Origin: Limnohabitans sp.
GTDB lineage: Bacteria > Pseudomonadota > Gammaproteobacteria > Burkholderiales > Burkholderiaceae_C
NCBI GenBank assembly: GCA_009693505.1
Contig: SHXD01000010.1
Coordinates: 670-64,669, forward strand
Reading direction: 5' to 3'
DNA length: 64,000 nt
A model generated the notes under the pieces. The model was not told where the DNA came from. It did no database searches and was given only the letters and a program-made list of their open reading frames with translations. Below are positions 42,054 through 50,285 of the stretch, piece after piece (positions within the stretch are counted from its first letter, which is position 1; each line of letters opens with the position of its first letter). Position numbers and translations under genes: made by a program.

Positions 42054-43046
42054 ATGACACTTAAAACCCATATTCGCCACGCCCTTGTTTTATCCTTGTG
42101 TGCATTGGGAAGTGCTTGGGTAGGACATGCCACCGCGCAAGACTATCCCAGCAAGCCCATTAGCATGATGATGCCCTATGCCCCTGGCGGCCCTGGTGAC
42201 ACCATTACGCGTTTGTTTGCAGGCTCGATGCAAAAGATATTGGGCCAACAAATTGTGGTCGATAACACGGCAGGTGCCTCGGGTGCCATTGGCACCGCCA
42301 AGGTGGCAAGGTCCAAGCCAGATGGCTACAGCTTGCTCATGATTCACGTCAGCCATGCCACCAACATGGCAATGTACAAAAATTTGAGCTATCACCCAGT
42401 GGACGATTTTGAGCCCATTGGATTGGCAACAAGCGGCCCCATGGTCGTTGTTGCAAGAACTGAATTTCCGCCTAAAGATTTGAATGAGTTTGTGTCTTAC
42501 CTCAAAACCAATCAGAAAAAAGTCAGTTTGGCCCATGCTGGCGTAGGCTCTGCTTCCCACCTATGTGGCTTGATGATGATGAACGTCTTAGGGGTTCAAT
42601 TGAATGAAATTCCCTACAAAGGCACTGGCCCCGCACTGACCGACTTAATGGGTGGACAGGTTGATATTTTGTGCGATCAAACTTCGGGTACCGTACCTTC
42701 AGTGAAGAACGGCAAAATCAAAGCTTACGCGGCCGCTGGCAAAAATAGACTGCCATCCTTACCCGACACACCTGCCATTGCAGAAGCTGGCGTGAAAGGC
42801 TTTGAAATCAACATTTCATTTGGCCTCTATACCCCCAAAGGAACGCCTAAACCCGTTCTGGAAAAACTCACTGCTGCTTTGCAGAAGTCTGTGACCGATC
42901 CCGATATCATCAAACGTTTAGATGGCATGGGTGTCTCAGCCGTAAGCATTGAACAGGCAACGCCAGCAGCACTGAGGGCGCATTTAAAAAATGAAATTGA
43001 AACCTTAGGCGGTTTGCTGATCAAAGCAGGTGTGCAAGCCAACTGA
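42054..43046 (+). CDS. Bug/TctC tripartite tricarboxylate transporter substrate-binding protein
   Basis: Signal peptide; YPSKPI..PYAPGG..D, GASGAIG, PDGY, PYKGTGPA. Confidence 0.92.
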   Translation: MTLKTHIRHALVLSLCALGSAWVGHATAQDYPSKPISMMMPYAPGGPGDTITRLFAGSMQKILGQQIVVDNTAGASGAIGTAKVARSKPDGYSLLMIHVSHATNMAMYKNLSYHPVDDFEPIGLATSGPMVVVARTEFPPKDLNEFVSYLKTNQKKVSLAHAGVGSASHLCGLMMMNVLGVQLNEIPYKGTGPALTDLMGGQVDILCDQTSGTVPSVKNGKIKAYAAAGKNRLPSLPDTPAIAEAGVKGFEINISFGLYTPKGTPKPVLEKLTAALQKSVTDPDIIKRLDGMGVSAVSIEQATPAALRAHLKNEIETLGGLLIKAGVQAN

Positions 43047-43077
43047 ACTTTAAAATCGACTTGACAGAGATCACAGT

Positions 43078-44223
43078 ATGACGATGGACAGAAGAAAATG
43101 GTTTGTGGGTGCGTCGTCACTGCTCCTTACAAAAACACTATTGGCACAATCAAATAGCACACATGGCCAACATGGTGCGCATCCTGCGCTCCCTAAGGCC
43201 AACCCCTCTCCAGAACCCTACGCCAAGTTGCAAGGCGGTGTGCCGCATCATTTAACAGCCGATCAAGAGTCACAACGTTCGTTCACGAGTCCTGCACCCA
43301 AGGGGCCTTCCGGCAGGTGGATCACCCGCGCATCACTGCCCATTCCTCGCAGCGAAATGGCATGGGCCACAGAATGGGCAGGCAGGCTTCATGTCATAGG
43401 CGGCTATGGCGAAGGCCGCGTCGACAGAGGCTACCACCATGTCTACGAGCCTAAAGCCGATCAATGGCACTTGGCGGCCCCACTTCCTCGGGGCGCTAAC
43501 CATGTGGCCGTTGTATCCCTTGAAGGTCGCATCTATGCGTTTGGCGGCTTCATTGAACAAAATCGAAATCCAGACAACCATGCCTACGTCTATGAAGTCT
43601 CACAAGACAAATGGACATCGATTGCGCCACTGCCAAGACCCAGAGGTGCAGCGGCAGCCGTTGCATTGAATGGCAAACTGCATTTAATAGGTGGTGCGTC
43701 ATCGCCCACAGATGAACGCGCCAGTGTGGGTTGGCATGAAGTTTACGATCCCAAAACAGATCAATGGGTTCGCAAAAAAGCCCTGCCAGGCGCTCGCGAC
43801 CATGTGGGATGCGTGGCCTACAAAGGCCGAATACACATCATTGGCGGACGATTCAACACATTTGAATACAACACCGATTTGCATCAGGTGTATGTGCCAG
43901 AAAGAGACACTTGGGAAGTACTGGCTCCTCTGCCCACGGCGCGTTCAGGCCATGGCTTGGTTGTTTACCGTGATCGCTTTTATGCCATGGGCGGTGAAGG
44001 CGGCATCATCAATCGGCCAGGACAACAAACCGTGTTTGGGCAGATGGAAAGTTACGACCCTGCCACCAACACTTGGCAATCTCACGCCGCCATGCCCATA
44101 CCACGTCATGCTGTGGCCGCCGTCACCATCGGTGATTGGATTTATGTTGCGGGGGGTGGTGCCGTTTTGGGAGGCAGCGTGCAATCTGCAGTGCACGAGG
44201 CGTTTACCCTGAGCGGTACTTGA
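43078..44223 (+). CDS. Kelch-repeat beta-propeller protein with Tat-like signal
   Basis: DRRKWF twin-arginine; about 6 GG...Y.P....W Kelch repeats. Confidence 0.88.
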   Translation: MTMDRRKWFVGASSLLLTKTLLAQSNSTHGQHGAHPALPKANPSPEPYAKLQGGVPHHLTADQESQRSFTSPAPKGPSGRWITRASLPIPRSEMAWATEWAGRLHVIGGYGEGRVDRGYHHVYEPKADQWHLAAPLPRGANHVAVVSLEGRIYAFGGFIEQNRNPDNHAYVYEVSQDKWTSIAPLPRPRGAAAAVALNGKLHLIGGASSPTDERASVGWHEVYDPKTDQWVRKKALPGARDHVGCVAYKGRIHIIGGRFNTFEYNTDLHQVYVPERDTWEVLAPLPTARSGHGLVVYRDRFYAMGGEGGIINRPGQQTVFGQMESYDPATNTWQSHAAMPIPRHAVAAVTIGDWIYVAGGGAVLGGSVQSAVHEAFTLSGT

Positions 44224-44233
44224 AAACCAATAT

Positions 44234-45259
44234 CTAATTCACAGTGGCGCCCGAATCGCGAATGACCTTGCCCCATTTGTCGTATTCACTTTTAAGGTAC
44301 TTGCCGAACTCGTCCGGGGAACTGGGCGTTGCCTCCATTCCCGAGATTTGCAACTGTTGCTGAACTTCGGGAAGATTCAACATTTTGACAATTTCGCTAT
44401 TGAGTTTTGCCACGATGTCCGCTGGCGTGCCTAGCGGGGCCATCAAGCCAACCCAAGAGAGAGATTCAAAGCCTGGCAAACCCGATTCGGCAACCGTTGG
44501 CACATCGGGCATTTGCGGCGAGCGCTGGGACGTTGTCACTGCAAGTGGTTTCAGCCGTCCAGATTTGACATGTGGAATCACGATGGGTGTGCCAGGGAAG
44601 CCTAGCTTCACAACACCCGCCACCAGATCCTGCTGCGCCGGTGCACTTCCCTTGTAAGGTACATGAGTGAGTTCGATGCCTGCCAAGTGGGCAAAGTAAG
44701 CGCCTGTCAAATGTTGAAGACTGCCGTTACCTGAGCTGACGTAATCAATCTTGCGAGGATTGGCGCGAGCCAGCGCAATCAGTTCTTTGACCGAATTGAC
44801 ACCCAGTGATGGATGTACTGACATCACATAAGGCCCCGATGCAATCCGTGCGATGGGTGCGAAATCATTCAGTGTGTTGTAGGTGAGGTTTTTGTACATG
44901 TTACCGGTGATCACATGCGGCGTCGCCATCATCAACAAGGTGTACCCATCTGGTTTGGACTTGGCCACAAAATCGGTACCAATGGTACCCCCAGCGCCGG
45001 GGCGATTTTCAACAAAAAACTGCTGGCCAAATACATCGGTCAGCCTTTGGGCAATGATGCGGCCTGGTATGTCGGTAGTGCCGCCCGATGACAATGGGAT
45101 GACGATGCGAACTGGGCGCGAAGGATAGCTTTGTGCAGACGCTGCGACTGCCAGCAATGAGACGCCACTCAAGATAACCAAAGCTCGAACGGCTTGCCAA
45201 TTCAACTTCCGTTTGACGGATAACAAATTTTTCTTGACAGTCTGGTCATTGAATATCAT
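44234..45259 (-). CDS. Bug/TctC substrate-binding protein
   Basis: YPSRPVRI, ENRPGAGG, PDGY, HVPYKGSAPA; GGAG RBS. Confidence 0.92.
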   Translation of the reverse strand: MIFNDQTVKKNLLSVKRKLNWQAVRALVILSGVSLLAVAASAQSYPSRPVRIVIPLSSGGTTDIPGRIIAQRLTDVFGQQFFVENRPGAGGTIGTDFVAKSKPDGYTLLMMATPHVITGNMYKNLTYNTLNDFAPIARIASGPYVMSVHPSLGVNSVKELIALARANPRKIDYVSSGNGSLQHLTGAYFAHLAGIELTHVPYKGSAPAQQDLVAGVVKLGFPGTPIVIPHVKSGRLKPLAVTTSQRSPQMPDVPTVAESGLPGFESLSWVGLMAPLGTPADIVAKLNSEIVKMLNLPEVQQQLQISGMEATPSSPDEFGKYLKSEYDKWGKVIRDSGATVN

Positions 45260-45369
45260 TTTGTCTCCGTCCCTTAGATTGACCTACAACGGTTGGATGA
45301 TGGCCAATCGCATGGAATGGCCTCATGCTCATACTACCCAGATGTCTAAGCTGAGACAAGTCACCAAAA

Positions 45370-45435
45370 CGCACACAACAAAAAGCCCCTTACGGGGCTG
45401 TCTTGTTAATTTCTATAGAGAAATGATGGAGGCGC
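45370..45435 (-). repeat. Distal copy of 66-bp direct repeat (tRNA-Cys 3' end plus terminator), att-like
   Basis: 62/66 identical to 47374-47439; includes TGGAGGCGC, the last 9 nt of tRNA-Cys. Confidence 0.9.
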
Positions 45436-45503
45436 AGCAGGTCACGCTAATGCAGATACTTACCTAGCACCATTTCTGCTTAATCGAATTGATAAATTAC
45501 CCG

Positions 45504-45811
45504 CTACTTCTTGATGGACACAGAGATTAATTCAGTCTCCTGACTACCCGCTTCGGCAGGGTGCTTGGCAGCACGCACATAGATCGACCAGAGAGTTGCA
45601 GTCTGTGAGCGTTCAGTTGTCATTGCCATTTGTCCTTGCCACATCCGCTCCCCTCGGGTAGTCGTGATTTGAGTTTGGCCTGATCCGTAACTACCGCTAT
45701 TTTTTTGCACAGTTGTCCAAGTTGTTCCAATTGGCGGAGCAACAAAACGTTCCACCTTTGGCGGGTTCATGGCGCAGCCCCCCAAAAACCACTGGCAATG
45801 CCAAGCCAGCG
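45504..45811 (-). pseudogene. Remnant of a lipoprotein gene (5'-truncated, frameshifted signal peptide)
   Basis: LRWLGIASG/FLGGC lipobox split across frames, then AMNPPKVERFVAPP...GSYGSG; no start codon or RBS before the G-rich element. Confidence 0.5.
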
Positions 45812-45880
45812 CAGGGGGACCAAAATGAGAATTTGGGGGTGGGAGTACGGTGGGGTCTAAAGATTTCAGAAATCTAGTAT
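45812..45880 (+). repeat. G-rich non-coding element, copy A
   Basis: CAGGGGG-N16-GGGGG...GGTGGGGTCT-N11-AAATCTAG; last 32 nt are 26/32 identical to copy B. Confidence 0.7.
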
Positions 45881-45989
45881 GCGCGTGGGGCTTGAGTCTG
45901 GAATACAAACACAGCCTATCCTGCATTTTTATGCATACCACTCAAACCATGTCGCATAATTTAACGACTGTCTCAAAGAACCTATACAC

Positions 45990-46982
45990 CTACCAACGGA
46001 TACCGCGTTCTTTTAGTAAAGTGGCGGCAATATCTGGACGATCGGTCACAAGACCATCCACACCCAGATCCAACATTTGGCCCATGGTTTGTCGGTCGTT
46101 GACGGTCCAAGCAATCACTTTTAGACCCAACTCCTGGGCCTCGCGAACTTTTTGTGCATCCAGCTCGCGCCAAAATGATGACCAATGCGTTCCTCCTGCT
46201 GCCTTGATCATTTTAGGAACTGATCCATATTTTGCATATTGGAAACCTGCTGTCCATTCAGATGGCTGCCCTGACTTAATTGCCAAATTATCCAATACAG
46301 CTAATTGAGCAGTGATGTAGACAGTTGGTAATTTGGGTGCCATTCGTTGAATAATTTGCAAAGTTCTCCAATCAAATGAAAGAATTTGCACGCGGTCTTC
46401 AAGCCCGTATTGTTGAATTTCTTGTAGCAGCAACTCTACAAATTTTTCTGGCTCTGGCGTCTGGTCTGGGCGCTGGGGCGTAATTTTGGTTTCGATAGCA
46501 AACTTTACCTGCTGATGGCCACCCATCTTGACCATTTCAAAAAGGTCTTTCAATCGGGGAACACGAATTCCATCTTGAGACTTTTGAGATGAAAATATTT
46601 TTCCATATTGTGTCGTTGGATTAATTTGACCCACATCGTAGCTTTGCAATTGCTGAAACGTCATTTGTCGGATGCCAAAGTCTCTACTCTTCAGAAATTT
46701 GCCTTGAGCGTCCCGGGTGATATCGGGATTCAGCGCAGGGTCATGATGAATTACAAGAACGTTGTCTTGTGTCACCACAACATCCAACTCGAGAGTGGTC
46801 ACGCCAGATTGCAAAGCAGCGGAAAACGAAGACAAAGTATTTTCGGCCAGCAGGCCCCGCGCACCACGATGGCCTTGCAGGTCAATTGTTTTTTCCGCCA
46901 TGACGGGAACGTTTAACACCAAAAGGGGAATGACGATAAGGGTCTTAAAAAAACCTGTTCTCGTGGAATTTTTATAAATCAT
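45990..46982 (-). CDS. Glycerophosphodiester phosphodiesterase (GDPD, GlpQ/UgpQ-like), probably exported
   Basis: GHRGARG..AENT, ELDV, HHD, IETK, SFD, WTVN, GVDGLVTDRPD; N-terminal hydrophobic stretch. Confidence 0.92.
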   Translation of the reverse strand: MIYKNSTRTGFFKTLIVIPLLVLNVPVMAEKTIDLQGHRGARGLLAENTLSSFSAALQSGVTTLELDVVVTQDNVLVIHHDPALNPDITRDAQGKFLKSRDFGIRQMTFQQLQSYDVGQINPTTQYGKIFSSQKSQDGIRVPRLKDLFEMVKMGGHQQVKFAIETKITPQRPDQTPEPEKFVELLLQEIQQYGLEDRVQILSFDWRTLQIIQRMAPKLPTVYITAQLAVLDNLAIKSGQPSEWTAGFQYAKYGSVPKMIKAAGGTHWSSFWRELDAQKVREAQELGLKVIAWTVNDRQTMGQMLDLGVDGLVTDRPDIAATLLKERGIRW

Positions 46983-47200
46983 TTGCACCTCTAAGTTAAG
47001 TGTCGTGACTTCTTCATTTTAAGGTAGCATCACCCCAACCCTGTAGACATTTTTATAGCGACTAAGCCAATACGACGACTGAATGAGATCAAAAAAAAGC
47101 AGCCACCGATAAACTCAATGCCTGTTGAGATCGTCTTATAAAGGTTTTGAGAGTCAAGGGTTGAACTGCTAATGTTGGATAAGGAACCCTTTGCTTCGAC

Positions 47201-47263
47201 CAGGGGGTACCCGACGATTAACTGGGGGATGGGTGGGGTCTTCAGAATACTGAAATCTAGAAT
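47201..47263 (+). repeat. G-rich non-coding element, copy B
   Basis: CAGGGGG-N16-GGGGG-AT-GGGTGGGGTCT-N11-AAATCTAG. Confidence 0.7.
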
Positions 47264-47373
47264 CGGGATTGTGCGCGGCATCGTTGATGCTATCTGCTTG
47301 CTGCCATTTTGAAGAACTGTTATTTTTAACTGTCCAATTTCTATCCAACAGAGTGTTGGACAATTCCAAAAAT

Positions 47374-47439
47374 CGCACACAACAAAAAGCCCCTCACGGG
47401 GATGTCTTGTTAATTTCTAGAGAGAAATAATGGAGGCGC
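47374..47439 (-). repeat. tRNA-proximal copy of 66-bp direct repeat
   Basis: Overlaps the tRNA-Cys 3' end; 62/66 identical to 45370-45435. Confidence 0.9.
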
Positions 47440-47504
47440 GGGCCGGAGTCGAACCGACCTACACGGATTTGCAATCCGGTGCATAACCGCTTTGCTACCG
47501 CGCC
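47431..47504 (-). tRNA. tRNA-Cys(GCA)
   Basis: Reverse complement GGCGCGGTAGCAAAGCGGTTATGCACCGGATTGCAAATCCGTGTAGGTCGGTTCGACTCCGGCCCGCGCCTCCA. Confidence 0.97.
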
Positions 47505-47577
47505 ATTTTTGTTGACAAAAAAGGGAAGCAATTGCTTCCCTAATTTGAAGAAAGATGTTGGGTCATCTTTCAATGTT

Positions 47578-47653
47578 TGGAGCGGGATAAGAGGCTCGAA
47601 CTCTCGACCTATACCTTGGCAAGGTATCGCTCTACCAACTGAGCTAATCCCGC
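47578..47653 (-). tRNA. tRNA-Gly(GCC)
   Basis: Reverse complement GCGGGATTAGCTCAGTTGGTAGAGCGATACCTTGCCAAGGTATAGGTCGAGAGTTCGAGCCTCTTATCCCGCTCCA. Confidence 0.97.
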
Positions 47654-47749
47654 ATTTGCAATCAGCTTAGCATTCTATGCCAAATTGTGTACGATGAAAG
47701 AATTGTAGCGTAATTTGTGGGAATTTTAAAAGCCCTCCCAAAAATTCAA

Positions 47750-50182
47750 TCAGTGCTTCACAGCGCCAGCTTTTGTAGCCGCCTTTGCATCTGCCACAAC
47801 AGGCGCCTCTACGACTACCGGCTCTTCATCAGGCAGTGGTTGAGGCATTTTTTCAAGCGCCAATTCCAACACTTTATCAAGCCATTTCACGGGCACAATT
47901 TCCAGACCATTCTTCACATTTTCAGGAATGTCTTGAAGGTCTTTCACATTGTCTTCAGGAATTAAAACGGTCTTAATGCCACCGCGCAAAGCAGCCAACA
48001 GTTTTTCTTTCAAACCGCCAATGGCCGTGACTTCACCGCGCAAAGTAATCTCGCCTGTCATGGCCACATCGGCACGCACAGGAATGCCGGTCATGGCTGA
48101 CACCATGGCGGTGGTCATGGCAGCGCCAGCACTGGGGCCGTCTTTCGGGGTGGCGCCATCTGGCACGTGAATGTGCAGATCTTTCTTCTCAAACACATCG
48201 TCTTTGATGCCTAGCATGCGGGCACGGCTGCGCACCACGGTTCGCGCGGCTTCCACTGATTCTTTCATCACATCGCCCAAAGAGCCTGTGCGGGTAATGA
48301 CACCTTTACCCGGCATGAGCGCAGCCTCGATGGTGAGCAAATCGCCACCCACTTCGGTCCATGCCAAGCCGACCACTTGGCCGACTTGATTGGCAGCTTC
48401 AGCACGACCGTATGTGTATTTCTGCACACCCAAGAAATCATTCAGGTTATCGGGCGTAACCAGCACGGGCGCCGTCATTTGTTTGAGCAACAAACTCTTC
48501 ACGACTTTACGGCAAATTTTGGACAACTCACGCTCAAGTGAACGCACACCGGCCTCACGTGTGTAATAGCGCACAATATCTCGCACAGCTTCATCGCTGA
48601 TGCTGAGTTCTTCGATTTTCACGCCATTGTTTTTCAACTGCTTAGGCAGCAAATACTTAATGGCAATGCTGGTTTTTTCGTCTTCGGTATACCCCGACAA
48701 GCGAATCACTTCCATGCGGTCTAACAGTGCAGAAGGAATGTTCATGGAGTTTGAAGTGGCCACGAACATGACGTCGCTCAAATCAAAATCTACTTCAACA
48801 TAGTGATCGCCAAAGGTGTGGTTTTGCTCAGGGTCTAGAACCTCTAACAAAGCACTTGAAGGATCGCCTCGAAAATCGGTGCCCAACTTGTCAATTTCGT
48901 CCAACAAGAACAATGGATTGCGAGTGCCCACCTTGCTCAAGCTTTGGAGCACCTTGCCAGGCATGGCGCCAATGTAAGTGCGGCGGTGGCCGCGAATTTC
49001 TGCTTCGTCGCGCATGCCACCCAAGGCCATGCGCACATACTTGCGGCCCGTGGCTTTGGCAATCGATTGACCCAAAGATGTTTTACCCACACCCGGTGGG
49101 CCGACCAAACAAAGAATGGGCGCTTTCACTTTGTCTACGCGCTGCTGAACAGCGAGGTATTCCATGATGCGGTCTTTGACTTTTTCTAGGCCGTAGTGGT
49201 CTTCGTTCAAAACCACTTCGGCATTACCCAAGTCGTGTTTGATTTTGGTCTTCTTGCTCCAAGGCAATGCTGTAAGCACTTCAATGTAGTTGCGCACAAC
49301 AGAAGCTTCTGCAGACATGGGCGACATAAGCTTGAGCTTTTTCAACTCAGCGTCAGCTTTTTTACGCGCCTCTGCCGGCATTTTGGCGGCTTTGATTTTC
49401 TTTTCGATCTCTTCGATGTCGGCACCCTCTTCGCCTTCACCGAGTTCTTTTTGAATGGCCTTGACTTGCTCATTCAAATAAAAATCGCGCTGGTTCTTTT
49501 CCATTTGGCGCTTCACGCGGCCACGGATTTTTTTATCAACATTCAAAATATCGACTTCACGTTCAAGTTGCGTGAAGAGGTTTTCTAGGCGGTCGCGAAT
49601 GCTGGCCAAGTCCAAAACCACTTGTTTGTTTTCCAACTTCAAAGGCAGGTGCGCCGCAATGGTGTCGGCCAAGCGTCCTGGCTCATCAATGCTAGAAATG
49701 GAGGTCAGAATTTCGGGTGGAATTTTTTTGTTCAGTTTGACGTACTGGTCAAACTGCTGCATGACAGCGCGGCGCAGAGCTTCAATTTCACTGCTTTGCT
49801 CGGCCTTCTCAGCGGCCACTTCAACTGGCAACACGCTGGCCACAAAATGGACTTCACCGTCGACAATGGTTTTAACTTTAGCGCGCTGCTGACCTTCGAC
49901 CAACACCTTGACCGTGCCATCGGGCAGTTTGAGCATTTGCAAAATGGTAGAGATGCAACCAACTTCGAACATGTCGGTAGCTTCTGGCTCATCTTTGGCC
50001 GCTGTTTTTTGGGCCACCAACATGATGCGGCGGTCGGTGAGCATGGCGCTTTCTAGCGCTTTGATGCTTTTGGGTCGGCCCACAAAAAGGGGGATGACCA
50101 TGTGCGGAAAGACCACGACATCGCGCAGTGGCAACATCGGTAGGTCAAGTAATTCAGCGGGCAGTGGTGTGTGTCCAGACAT
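47750..50182 (-). CDS. lon: ATP-dependent Lon protease
   Basis: LPLRDVVVFP, GPPGVGKT, RGHRRTYIG, PKDGPSAG, GGLKEK. Confidence 0.98.
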   Translation of the reverse strand: MSGHTPLPAELLDLPMLPLRDVVVFPHMVIPLFVGRPKSIKALESAMLTDRRIMLVAQKTAAKDEPEATDMFEVGCISTILQMLKLPDGTVKVLVEGQQRAKVKTIVDGEVHFVASVLPVEVAAEKAEQSSEIEALRRAVMQQFDQYVKLNKKIPPEILTSISSIDEPGRLADTIAAHLPLKLENKQVVLDLASIRDRLENLFTQLEREVDILNVDKKIRGRVKRQMEKNQRDFYLNEQVKAIQKELGEGEEGADIEEIEKKIKAAKMPAEARKKADAELKKLKLMSPMSAEASVVRNYIEVLTALPWSKKTKIKHDLGNAEVVLNEDHYGLEKVKDRIMEYLAVQQRVDKVKAPILCLVGPPGVGKTSLGQSIAKATGRKYVRMALGGMRDEAEIRGHRRTYIGAMPGKVLQSLSKVGTRNPLFLLDEIDKLGTDFRGDPSSALLEVLDPEQNHTFGDHYVEVDFDLSDVMFVATSNSMNIPSALLDRMEVIRLSGYTEDEKTSIAIKYLLPKQLKNNGVKIEELSISDEAVRDIVRYYTREAGVRSLERELSKICRKVVKSLLLKQMTAPVLVTPDNLNDFLGVQKYTYGRAEAANQVGQVVGLAWTEVGGDLLTIEAALMPGKGVITRTGSLGDVMKESVEAARTVVRSRARMLGIKDDVFEKKDLHIHVPDGATPKDGPSAGAAMTTAMVSAMTGIPVRADVAMTGEITLRGEVTAIGGLKEKLLAALRGGIKTVLIPEDNVKDLQDIPENVKNGLEIVPVKWLDKVLELALEKMPQPLPDEEPVVVEAPVVADAKAATKAGAVKH

Positions 50183-50285
50183 GCGGTTCCCTTGTGTATG
50201 GGGGATAAATGGCCCCTGTTTTCCCGATTTCAAGCCTTAAGTGAGTAGGGTTTTTCATCGGTGACAGGGGGTGGGCTGGAAAAGC

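Larger units (their letters stand above)
45370..47439. mobile_element. Degenerate genomic islet at the tRNA-Cys 3' end (no integrase)
   Basis: Flanked by the 66-bp direct repeat; cargo is one intact GDPD gene plus gene remnants. Confidence 0.7.

Noticed and set aside
47030..47380. 116-aa and 69-aa ORFs next to tRNA-Cys as a possible integrase
   Set aside because: No tyrosine or serine recombinase motifs; they run through the non-coding repeats and look spurious or remnant.
45370..47439. CRISPR array or integron interpretation of the repeats
   Set aside because: Only two copies of each repeat, kb-scale spacing, no cas or intI gene, no attC-like RYYYAAC/GTTRRRY palindrome seen.
50264..50280. 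CAGGGGGTGGG between clpX and lon as a third G-rich element
   Set aside because: Lacks the N16 spacing and the GGTGGGGTCT/AAATCTAG blocks.
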